From Thermoplasmata archaeon (GTDB lineage Archaea; Thermoplasmatota; Thermoplasmata; RBG-16-68-12), in NCBI GenBank assembly GCA_035283405.1, contig DATEUA010000073.1, forward strand, positions 1 through 48,995: 48,995 nucleotides of DNA, written 5' to 3'. Position numbers and translations under genes: made by a program. Of this stretch, positions 36,277-44,051 are shown in pieces (the first letter of the stretch is position 1; the number at the start of each line of letters is the position of its first letter). Below the pieces are notes generated by a model, which ran no database searches, had not been told where the DNA came from, and saw only the letters and a program-made list of their open reading frames with translations.

Positions 36277-37430
36277 ACGAATCGACCACGAACCGATCCG
36301 TGCCGGGATGAAAGATCGCCTCCCAGAATCGCGGATGATACGTTCGTTCGGCCCGGCCCACCAGGGGATCCGAGAGCGTCGAGGACCTTCCGTTGGAATG
36401 GAACGAGCGGGAGGACGCGGATTTCTTCGGCGCGGAACCATGTGGCGCCCGCGGTCGGATCGGCGCCACCCCGCGGGATGCATTTGTAGATGGCGCCCGA
36501 CCATTTCCGGTGGGAGAACGCGTGGACGATACGCGTCCCCGTGTCCTCCACGTCCACGTCCAGCCCCGTCTGATCGCGAATGAGGAGTCGAATCGCGTCC
36601 CGGGGGCTCGCGTCCGTCCCGATCTCACCTCCGGGGAGAGACCACAGACCTCCCAGAAGTCCGCTGCGGGCCCGCCTGACGAGGAGGACGCGCCCTCTGT
36701 CGGCGAGGACGCCGAAGGCGACGGGCACCGTCCGGACGTTTCGGGGACGAGGACGTCGAGGGAGGGAGGTTTGGATCCCGGCCTTCCGGGCGAGACACAG
36801 TTGAGAGAGGGGGCAGACGCCGCACGAGGGGGACGTGGGCGTGCACACGGTCGCGCCGAGTTCCATGAGCGCCTGGTTGAAAACGCCGGGGCTCGAGCGC
36901 GGCACGAGGCTCGACGCGGCCTTCCATAGCCGTTCGCGACCTCCTCTCTTCGCGACGGGTTCTTCGATACGGTACAGCCGTGAGAGCACGCGGGTGACGT
37001 TCCCGTCGATAGCCGGGACACGACGTCCGAATGCGATGCTCGCGACGGCCCCGGAGGTGTACGGCCCGACCCCGGGAAGACCACGGAGGCTTTCGGCCGT
37101 CGTCGGAATGTGGCCTCCATGATGCGCCACGATAGCCCGAGCCGCCGCGTACAGGTTCCGTGCGCGTCCGTAGAACCCGAGACCCTCCCAGGCCCGCAGG
37201 ACTTGGTCTTCGGACGCATTCGCCAGCGCTTCAAGATCAGGGAATTGCTCGATGAATCGCTCATAGTATGGGATACCGGAGGCCACGCGGGTCCTTTGGA
37301 GCAGGTACTCGGAGACGAGAATCCGATAGGGATTGCGGGTGCGGCGCCAGGGGAGATCCCGGCGCCTCGCGTCGAACCAGCGGAGAAGGTTCCGGCGGAC
37401 CTCGCGCGGCGCTGGCGGTCCCACACGCAT
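36273..37430 (-). CDS. mutY: A/G-specific adenine DNA glycosylase MutY (HhH-GPD, 4Fe-4S and NUDIX-like C-terminal domain)
   Basis: LLRWFDARRRDLPWR, PYRILVSEYLLQRT, LPGVGPYTSGAV, IDGNVTRV and the cluster loop CTPTSPSCGVCPLSQLC. The C-terminal GLWSLPGGE is the NUDIX-like domain. Start at ATG 37430. Confidence 0.9.
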   Translation of the reverse strand: MRVGPPAPREVRRNLLRWFDARRRDLPWRRTRNPYRILVSEYLLQRTRVASGIPYYERFIEQFPDLEALANASEDQVLRAWEGLGFYGRARNLYAAARAIVAHHGGHIPTTAESLRGLPGVGPYTSGAVASIAFGRRVPAIDGNVTRVLSRLYRIEEPVAKRGGRERLWKAASSLVPRSSPGVFNQALMELGATVCTPTSPSCGVCPLSQLCLARKAGIQTSLPRRPRPRNVRTVPVAFGVLADRGRVLLVRRARSGLLGGLWSLPGGEIGTDASPRDAIRLLIRDQTGLDVDVEDTGTRIVHAFSHRKWSGAIYKCIPRGGADPTAGATWFRAEEIRVLPLVPFQRKVLDALGSPGGPGRTNVSSAILGGDLSSRHGSVRGRFV

Positions 37431-37494
37431 CGAAAGCGGACCTGCATACTTAACGCCCCGCAACGTTATCCACCGGCCACGCCCTCCCACGCGT

Positions 37495-37947
37495 GTGCTC
37501 GGCCCCGTCGTCGTCGCCGTAGGGATTCTCACCTCGGGCCTCCGGGTTCTCGTGGTCCGCCGACCCGATGACGGCCCTGTTCCCGAGCAGTGGGAGTTTC
37601 CGGGAGGGAAGGTCGAGTTCGGCGAACACCCCTGGAACGCCCTCCGTCGCGAACTCTGGGAGGAACTGTCCCTGCGAGTCGCCCGAGGCACCCTCTACGG
37701 AGTCTATTCCCACATGTACGACATCCGAGGGGGACGCGCGCATTACGTGCTCGTGGCCTACCGGATGCAGGTCGCGCGCCACCGTGTGCCGGAAACGGAC
37801 CGCGTCCGGTGGGTCCGGTTGGCGGACCTACCGCGTTGGTCGCTGATTCCCGGATCGAGGCCGATCGTCGCGGACCTCGCGCGTCGCCGCTCCGCCGGAT
37901 CACTTGAAGATCTCGCCGGTCTCCCGGCTCCAGAAGAGAAGGTCTAG
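37495..37947 (+). CDS. MutT-like NUDIX hydrolase ((deoxy)nucleoside triphosphate pyrophosphohydrolase)
   Basis: WEFPGGKVEFGEHPWNALRRELWEELSL is the NUDIX box in the MutT arrangement. GTG start at 37495; the ORF opens at 37333. Confidence 0.75.
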   Translation: MLGPVVVAVGILTSGLRVLVVRRPDDGPVPEQWEFPGGKVEFGEHPWNALRRELWEELSLRVARGTLYGVYSHMYDIRGGRAHYVLVAYRMQVARHRVPETDRVRWVRLADLPRWSLIPGSRPIVADLARRRSAGSLEDLAGLPAPEEKV

Positions 37948-38562
37948 GGCTCCCAACGGAATTCCGACCGTCGCGGCAAACGCTCGCATCCGAGTCTCGA
38001 TGGCGAGGTATCGACGCGGCGTGAGGGAGGTCGGCAAGCGCCGGATGACCCCGTGCCGCACAAGGTTCCGGAGCACGTGTCGATCCAGGATCGCGAGGTC
38101 CTCGCCACGTCCGATGTTTCGGAGGAAGTGGCTCGCCTCCTTGAACCCGAATCCGTCGATCTCCGAGACCAGCCAGGCGCGTGCGTCCTGCGAGGAGGGG
38201 GACCGATTGAGGGCCGCACGGAGCTTCGGCGTTCCGTCCGGGAAGAAGCGGCGGCGCGCCCGCACGATGTACCCCGCCTTGTGATTGTGAAAGCGCACCC
38301 GGTGCCTCAGGTGGCGGGCGAGGGTTCGTTCGTCCCCCGTCCACAGGTCGCCTCCGGCAACGATGCCCCGCAGCGCCGCATCGCTCGCGCGAGCCTTCGT
38401 CTGAATCGCCAGGAGGCAGAAACACAGCTCCTCGAAGAGTGCGGCGTCCGGCATCCGGCCGATTCGTCGGAAATGGGCGAGGCGCACCCTGATTCGGTCC
38501 TTCTTTCGCCGGAACTCCCGGCGCAGGCCCTCGAGATCTCGATAGCGGGGTGGGGCGGTCAT
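37900..38562 (-). CDS. ogg: 8-oxoguanine DNA glycosylase/AP lyase, archaeal Ogg2 type
   Basis: LCFCLLAIQT, HNHKAGYIV and GFGFKEASHFLRNIGRGEDLAILDRHVL (HhH with catalytic Lys and Asp). Start ATG 38562 overlaps the pepA stop as ATGA. Confidence 0.85.
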   Translation of the reverse strand: MTAPPRYRDLEGLRREFRRKKDRIRVRLAHFRRIGRMPDAALFEELCFCLLAIQTKARASDAALRGIVAGGDLWTGDERTLARHLRHRVRFHNHKAGYIVRARRRFFPDGTPKLRAALNRSPSSQDARAWLVSEIDGFGFKEASHFLRNIGRGEDLAILDRHVLRNLVRHGVIRRLPTSLTPRRYLAIETRMRAFAATVGIPLGALDLLFWSRETGEIFK

Positions 38563-40088
38563 CCCGAGCGCTTCCAGTCCCTCATCAGACGGACGAGGAG
38601 CCTCACGCCGAAGGCGGAAGCGCCCTTGGGCAGGTACTCCCGCTTCGGCGAATCGGGTGCGGCCTCGATCCAAGCGGGTCCGGCGATGTCGAGATGGGCC
38701 CACGGGTGGTCCCCCACAAATCGCTGGAGGAATTTCGCGGCGGTGATCGCTCCCGCGGAGCGGCCGCCGGTATTCTTCACGTCCGCGAAGTCGCTCCGGA
38801 TCTGCTCGTTGTAATCGTCCCAGAGAGGAAGCTCCCAGACACGCTCCGCCGTCGCCTCCGATGCGCGCGCGATGCGATCTCGAAGGGTCCCGTCGTTGCA
38901 GAACAACGCGCAGCCCATCCGACCGAGGGCGACCTTCGCCGCACCCGTAAGGGTCGCGACGTCTACCACCGCGGAGGGCTTCAGGGTCTTCGCGTATCCG
39001 AGGGCGTCCGCGAGGACGAGGCGCCCTTCCGCGTCCGGGTTGAGGACCTCGACGGTCTGTCCGCCGAACGTTCGCACGATGTCCCCGGGCTTCTGGGCGC
39101 GTCCGCTCGGCATGTTTTCTGTCAGTGGCGCGAGGGCCACCACGTTCACCGGAAGCTTCAGCCGAGCGGCCGCCAACACGGCGCTCAGGGCCACCGCGGC
39201 GCCGGACATGTCGTAGCGCATGATCCACATCGGATCCGTGCCGGGAGCCTCGAGAGGCTTCAGAGCGATGCCCCCGGAGTCGAATGTGATCCCCTTGCCA
39301 GCGAGGACGATGGGCTTCGCTTTCCCGCCGCCCGCATGTTCCAGCACGAGGAAGCGGGGCGGCTCCTCGCTTCCCCTCGCCACGCCCAGGAGGGCTCCGA
39401 AACCCATCCGCTCAAGCTGCTTCTCGTCGTACACGGTCAGCTTCAGGCCGGCTTCCCTCGCCGCGGTGCGAACCTTCTCGGTGAAGAGGACCGGCGTCTT
39501 CGCATTGCTCGGGGCGTTGATCAAATCGCGGGCAAAGTTCACGCTCGTCGAGACGACGGAGCCCCGCTGAACGGCATCCCGGATCGTACTCGCTCGCGCC
39601 TTCTCAAGGGTGACGATCGTCATCGCATCGATGCGATTCGCTGCGGGTTCCGTCTTGTGTTCAACGTATCGGTAGACCCCGAGGAGGACGCCCTCTACGA
39701 GGGCTTCCGCGGTGTCTTCCAGCTCGAGGCGCCCGACGCCTGCCCCGTGCACGATGGTCGAGAACGTCTTGAGACCCCTCTCCCGAACACGGATCGCCGC
39801 GCAGGCGGACACCTCCCGGACCCGGTCGAGGGAGAAGTCCTCACGCCTCCCCAGGCCGACGACCATCACGCGGTTCGCGGGGATGTGGTCGAACGTCGGA
39901 AACACGGTGACGTCTTTGAACCCGCCCGAGACGTCGCCCGTTTCGATCATCGCGGTGATCTGACGACCCATGGCCGCGTCGACGGCGCCCGTCGCGCCGC
40001 CCGGGTGGGCGACCCCTTCGAACAGATTCACGACGATGACTTCGTCCTCCCACCGAGCGATGTCGCCGACCTCCACGCTAATCCGCAT
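38559..40088 (-). CDS. pepA: Leucyl aminopeptidase (M17)
   Basis: GKGITFDSGG, MRYDMSGAA, NPDAEGRLVLADAL and ATLTGA. Start at ATG 40088. Confidence 0.9.
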   Translation of the reverse strand: MRISVEVGDIARWEDEVIVVNLFEGVAHPGGATGAVDAAMGRQITAMIETGDVSGGFKDVTVFPTFDHIPANRVMVVGLGRREDFSLDRVREVSACAAIRVRERGLKTFSTIVHGAGVGRLELEDTAEALVEGVLLGVYRYVEHKTEPAANRIDAMTIVTLEKARASTIRDAVQRGSVVSTSVNFARDLINAPSNAKTPVLFTEKVRTAAREAGLKLTVYDEKQLERMGFGALLGVARGSEEPPRFLVLEHAGGGKAKPIVLAGKGITFDSGGIALKPLEAPGTDPMWIMRYDMSGAAVALSAVLAAARLKLPVNVVALAPLTENMPSGRAQKPGDIVRTFGGQTVEVLNPDAEGRLVLADALGYAKTLKPSAVVDVATLTGAAKVALGRMGCALFCNDGTLRDRIARASEATAERVWELPLWDDYNEQIRSDFADVKNTGGRSAGAITAAKFLQRFVGDHPWAHLDIAGPAWIEAAPDSPKREYLPKGASAFGVRLLVRLMRDWKRSG

Positions 40089-40139
40089 TCGAATCCCGAA
40101 CGCGAGTTGCGCGGCTTCGCATAAGCCATTCGATGGGCG

Positions 40140-40160
40140 TCGAGTCCGAACCGGACTCGA
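40140..40160. promoter_or_regulatory. Perfect 9-bp inverted repeat upstream of the sodN TATA (candidate operator)
   Basis: TCGAGTCCG-aac-CGGACTCGA, 23 nt upstream of the TATA at 40183. Confidence 0.35.
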
Positions 40161-40182
40161 GCAGATCGCGCCCGGCCACACG

Positions 40183-40190
40183 TTTAAATA
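40183..40190 (+). promoter_or_regulatory. TATA box upstream of sodN
   Basis: TTTAAATA ends 23 nt before the ATG at 40214, spacing typical of a leaderless mRNA. Confidence 0.6.
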
Positions 40191-40213
40191 CGCTCAGGGT
40201 TGTGGCCGCATCC

Positions 40214-40735
40214 ATGTCGCTACTCCATGCACTGCTCCGGGCTTCCGACCGCATGGTCCCTGCACGCATCGCATACGCCCACTGCGACATTCCGTGCGGG
40301 ATCTACGACCCGCACCACGCGCAGATGGCGGCGCACACCGTCATCCGAATGAACATGCTGATCAAGGAACTCCAGAAGCCTTCGGCGGGCGATTCACGCG
40401 AGAAGCATGAGGAATATCACCACAAGCTCGACCGGTACGCCCTGGTGAAGGAGCAGCACGCGGAACTCGCGAAACACGAGGTGCGCATCCTGTGGGGCGA
40501 CTACTTCAAGCCGGAGCACGCCCAGAAGTATCCGGAGCTCCACGACCTCGTCTGGAGAGCCCTGAAGGCCGGCTCGAAGGCGCGGCAGGAAATCAACCTG
40601 CAGGCCGCGGAGGACCTCCTGAAGACAACGAACGAAATCGCCCGGATCTTCTGGGACACGAAGGGTCTGCCGACGCTCAAGGTGAAGGCGCCCTACCCGA
40701 CGGACCGGGAACTCGTCGTCCCGAAGCTCGGCTGA
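40214..40735 (+). CDS. sodN: Nickel-containing superoxide dismutase precursor
   Basis: A 22-aa leader is followed by the Ni-hook HCDIPCGIYDP. KEQHAELAKHEVRILWGDYFKPEHAQKYPELHDLV closely parallels the Streptomyces SodN block. IFWDTK is near the C-terminus. Confidence 0.9.
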   Translation: MSLLHALLRASDRMVPARIAYAHCDIPCGIYDPHHAQMAAHTVIRMNMLIKELQKPSAGDSREKHEEYHHKLDRYALVKEQHAELAKHEVRILWGDYFKPEHAQKYPELHDLVWRALKAGSKARQEINLQAAEDLLKTTNEIARIFWDTKGLPTLKVKAPYPTDRELVVPKLG

Positions 40736-40741
40736 TTCGCC

Positions 40742-41053
40742 GTGGGATTCCTCCCAATCTCCCGGTTCCGCATCGAAGACGACTCGATGCGACCCGCGCT
40801 TGAACCCGGTGCTTACGTCCTCGTGAACACGTGGGCGTACGCGTTCGGCGGGCCGGCGCCGGGAGACCTTGTCGTCGTGCGGAGCCCCGAGGACCGAGCG
40901 CGGTTCCTCGTGAAGCGCGTGGCGTCCGTGATGGCGTCGGGCGATGTCCTCGTAATGGGCGATAACGCGGAGCGGAGTCGGGACAGCCGGCATTTCGGGC
41001 TTGTGCCGCGACGACTTGTCGTTGGACGGGTCTTCGCGCGGCCGAAGCCGTGA
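40742..41053 (+). CDS. sodX: S26-family peptidase, NiSOD maturation protease SodX type
   Basis: DDSMRPAL (nucleophile Ser), LVKRV (general-base Lys) and GDNAERSRDSRHFG. It is 103 aa and lies 6 nt after sodN. Confidence 0.8.
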   Translation: MGFLPISRFRIEDDSMRPALEPGAYVLVNTWAYAFGGPAPGDLVVVRSPEDRARFLVKRVASVMASGDVLVMGDNAERSRDSRHFGLVPRRLVVGRVFARPKP

Positions 41054-41065
41054 TGCCTCGCGACC

Positions 41066-41860
41066 TCAGTCCCATTTCTCGAACCGTACGTGACTGAAGC
41101 CGAGATTCTGGCAGAGGGCCTTGACCTGCTCGACCATGTCGTGCAGACCGCAGATGTAGACCTGCTTCGAGGCATGGTCGTGAATCTCCTCTTGCAGGAT
41201 CTTCTGCACGTAGCCCACGCGGCCCTTCCACTCCGGGGTCTCAGGCCGCGAAATTGTCGGGTAGAAGTGGAAGTTCGGGTGCTGCTTCGCCCACCCCTCG
41301 AAGATGTCACGGTAAATCAGGTCGTACACGTACCGGACGCCGAAGACGACGTAGAAGTCGAGGCCGTCGTCCAGGTTGTTCTTCCAGACGTGGTCAAGCA
41401 TGGAGACGAAGGGCGCAACCCCCGTGCCCGTGGCCACGAATACGGTGTCGCAGCGGATGGGTTCGGGGACGACGAAACGGCCGAGAGGGCCGATCGAGGG
41501 CAGCTTGGTCCCGGGGGTGACGTGGTGGAGATAGTTTGACATGAATCCGCCCTCCACGACCTTGATGCAAAGCTCGAGGTGCTCCTTGGTGTCGGGCGAG
41601 GAGGCGATCGAGTACGGCCTCGAGATCCGCTTGCCGTCCTTCTCCGCAAAGATCGAGATGAACTGTCCAGGTTCGAAGTCGAAGACGGGTTCGTTCTCGA
41701 ACGCGAACCGGATCAGGTATGTCTCGGGATATTTCGGGGTGATGTCAAAGACTTCCTTCACGACCGCCGTGTGTCTCCCCGAGCGAAACTTGACGGGCGG
41801 CTCCTGTAACGCGGCCTTCTGCGCCGAAGGACCCTTCGCAGGAACCGACTCCCGCATCAT
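41066..41860 (-). CDS. FNR-family FAD/NAD(P)-binding oxidoreductase
   Basis: RPYSIASSP (RxYS FAD motif), GPLGRF and VFVATGTGVAPF (NAD(P) motif). No Fe-S domain is present. Confidence 0.8.
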   Translation of the reverse strand: MMRESVPAKGPSAQKAALQEPPVKFRSGRHTAVVKEVFDITPKYPETYLIRFAFENEPVFDFEPGQFISIFAEKDGKRISRPYSIASSPDTKEHLELCIKVVEGGFMSNYLHHVTPGTKLPSIGPLGRFVVPEPIRCDTVFVATGTGVAPFVSMLDHVWKNNLDDGLDFYVVFGVRYVYDLIYRDIFEGWAKQHPNFHFYPTISRPETPEWKGRVGYVQKILQEEIHDHASKQVYICGLHDMVEQVKALCQNLGFSHVRFEKWD

Positions 41861-41947
41861 GCGCGGTTCGGCACCATGGGCTTCGATTTAAACGTTTCTT
41901 CAAGGTTATGCGTACGCCCTCATTCACGGGTTCGAGAACGATCTCAC

Positions 41948-42628
41948 TTACGGTTTCGCGGAGGGCTCGAGGAGCACCCGGCCGTACACGAGTCCCGCAA
42001 TCAGGCCGCCCGCGAGAGGGCCGATCCAGTAGACGAACCAATTGTCGAAAAGCCCCGCGACGACCCCGGGTCCGAACCACCGCGCCGGATTCATGGCGGC
42101 TCCGGTGAGAGGGCCTCCCATCATGATGTCGAGGGCGACCGTGAACCCGATGGCGAGGCCTCCGACCGCGCGGAACGCGCCCTTCGGATCGATTGCGGTC
42201 CCGTACACGACGAAGACGAGGAAGAACGTGAGCACCGCTTCGACCAGGATCGCCGGGCCGATCCCCACGCCGGGCGAGACCTGCGGCGTCCCGAGGGACG
42301 TGGACCGCCATTCCCCGGACGGGAACACCCCGAGCAGGGCCGATGCCGCTACGAGACCTCCGAGGAGCTGCGCGATCCAGTATACGACGGAAAGACGCAA
42401 ACTGATCTGCCGGCCCACGAGCGCACCGAACGTCACGGCCGGATTGAAGTGTCCACCTGAGATGTGCGCGGTCGCCGAGGCCATCACGCCGATCGTGAGG
42501 CCGTGCGCAAGGGCGACGAGCAACAGATCCGGACGGTCCCGCGTCGATATGATCGCGCCCGCGCCGACGAAGACGAGGGCGAACGCACCGACGAATTCGG
42601 CGATCGCCTTCCGGAGCGTGTCCGCCAT
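41948..42628 (-). CDS. MIP-family channel (aquaporin/aquaglyceroporin)
   Basis: Two NPA boxes, HFNPAVTFG and AMNPARWFGP, in a 6-TM layout. Confidence 0.9.
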   Translation of the reverse strand: MADTLRKAIAEFVGAFALVFVGAGAIISTRDRPDLLLVALAHGLTIGVMASATAHISGGHFNPAVTFGALVGRQISLRLSVVYWIAQLLGGLVAASALLGVFPSGEWRSTSLGTPQVSPGVGIGPAILVEAVLTFFLVFVVYGTAIDPKGAFRAVGGLAIGFTVALDIMMGGPLTGAAMNPARWFGPGVVAGLFDNWFVYWIGPLAGGLIAGLVYGRVLLEPSAKP

Positions 42629-42701
42629 GGCCTCGTCTCCCCCAGGACGTCTGAGGGGGAGGTCGATATTAGTGCTTTCGTTTCGCGGCGAGACGTTCTC
42701 A

Positions 42702-43196
42702 TCACGCGAAATAGGATGCGGACCCGCGGTCGAATCCTTGGACGATTTCGAGGCTCAGCTCTCGAGGCTGCCATGCCGCCTCCGGGAACACGAGGTTCGG
42801 GAAGAATCGGTTGAAGTCCTCCGAGATCTGGGTGACGAGGTGGCTCGGCCCGAACAGCGTCTGGGCGATGCGGTGCGCCTGCCCTCGGCACGCGAGCTCG
42901 TCGACGAATCCGACGGAATGCAGGTACTCGTGAAGCAGCACGTAGAACGCGTAGTGCCGGTACAATTCGGGGTTCGTCTCCTCGATCCGGATGAGGGGCA
43001 CCTTGTTCATCACGATCACGTTGCTCGCGATCGGGTAGAACGCCCCGAGGAATCCCTGAGGGTGGTTACCCAGATCGGCGAGGGCGAGCATGAGGCCCGC
43101 CCGGCTCCGGCCCAGAACGGTTTCGACGGCCCGCTTCACGAGCTCGAAGACGTCCGCGAGGCCGCGTGCCATGTCCAGTTTGCGCAGGAAGTCCAC
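42702..43196 (-). CDS. Hypothetical protein with an HExxH motif (putative small metallopeptidase-like)
   Basis: YVLLHEYLHSVG. No family recognised beyond the motif. Confidence 0.5.
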   Translation of the reverse strand: MDFLRKLDMARGLADVFELVKRAVETVLGRSRAGLMLALADLGNHPQGFLGAFYPIASNVIVMNKVPLIRIEETNPELYRHYAFYVLLHEYLHSVGFVDELACRGQAHRIAQTLFGPSHLVTQISEDFNRFFPNLVFPEAAWQPRELSLEIVQGFDRGSASYFA

Positions 43197-43242
43197 GTGG
43201 AATCGACGGCGTCCGTCGGACTTAAGGGATTGCCCGTGGCTC

Positions 43243-43929
43243 TCACGTGCCGGGCGCGAGGAGGTTGATCCCCTCGAAGCCCAGGAACAGGAGGGTCGCG
43301 TAGGCGATGCTGAGGGACGCGACCGTGAGATTCACGACGCGGCGCACCCGGGCGGATCCCCAGCGAAGGATCGGATACGTCATCCCGACGCCGAAGACGA
43401 CCATCCCGAACACGACGCCGAGGCTGAACAGTCCGACCCCGCCCAAGAGGCCCGGCAGGGACGTGACGCTGAGGGACGCTACAAAGAGGACGAGCAGTTC
43501 ATCGTTGCTCGCGAGACCGTGTACGATTCCGATTCCGAACATGGTTCGGTGCTCGTTGGACCGCCCCACATGGACGTGCGCGTGCGCGTGCTCCTCCGCC
43601 TCGTGCCGGTGCGCGTGGCTGTGGAGGAACCCCAGCTCGTACAGGATTCCCAGCACTCCGATTGCCGCGAGCATGACCGCAACGGCAAGCTCGAAGTGCG
43701 CAAGGAACTGCGCGAGGAAGACGTCCCGGAAGACGAATAGCAGGATCGTGACGACCGTCGCCGTGATCATATGGCCTGCGGCCCAGCTCAGACTCATGAG
43801 GGACGTCTTGCGAAGGCTCCCGCTCCGCATCAGGAGGTTCGACACGGCGACGAGATGATCTGCGTCGTAGCTGTGCTTGAAGCCGAGCGCCAGGGAGAGC
43901 CCGACGAATAGGAACGGATCGAGTGCCAC
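43243..43929 (-). CDS. NicO/NiCoT-family nickel/cobalt transporter (6-TM short form)
   Basis: The GFKHSYDADHLVAVSN (HxxxDADH) signature, AAGHM, and the His-rich loop HSHAHRHEAEEHAHAHVHV. Start set at GTG 43929, preceded by GGAGG 7 nt upstream. The longer ORF to 44136 would overlap nikR. Confidence 0.75.
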   Translation of the reverse strand: MALDPFLFVGLSLALGFKHSYDADHLVAVSNLLMRSGSLRKTSLMSLSWAAGHMITATVVTILLFVFRDVFLAQFLAHFELAVAVMLAAIGVLGILYELGFLHSHAHRHEAEEHAHAHVHVGRSNEHRTMFGIGIVHGLASNDELLVLFVASLSVTSLPGLLGGVGLFSLGVVFGMVVFGVGMTYPILRWGSARVRRVVNLTVASLSIAYATLLFLGFEGINLLAPGT

Positions 43930-43961
43930 GGAATTCCTCCGCCCGAATGGGGCGCTGAGAA

Positions 43962-43989
43962 GTAACACGAACGCAGCAGGCGTAACACG
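43962..43989. repeat. Direct repeat GTAACACG x2 (20-bp register) in the nicO-nikR divergent intergenic region
   Basis: Copies at 43962-43969 and 43982-43989, between the transporter start (43929) and an AT patch (TTAAAC, ~43992). Candidate operator. Confidence 0.3.
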
Positions 43990-44051
43990 GCTTAAACATT
44001 CGGGGCCCCTTTGAAGACCCCGGTAGCACTTCCCTTCGACAGGGATAGCAC

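Noticed and set aside
38550-40124. 524-aa plus-strand ORF
   Set aside because: Antisense to the M17 leucyl aminopeptidase, which has clear signature motifs.
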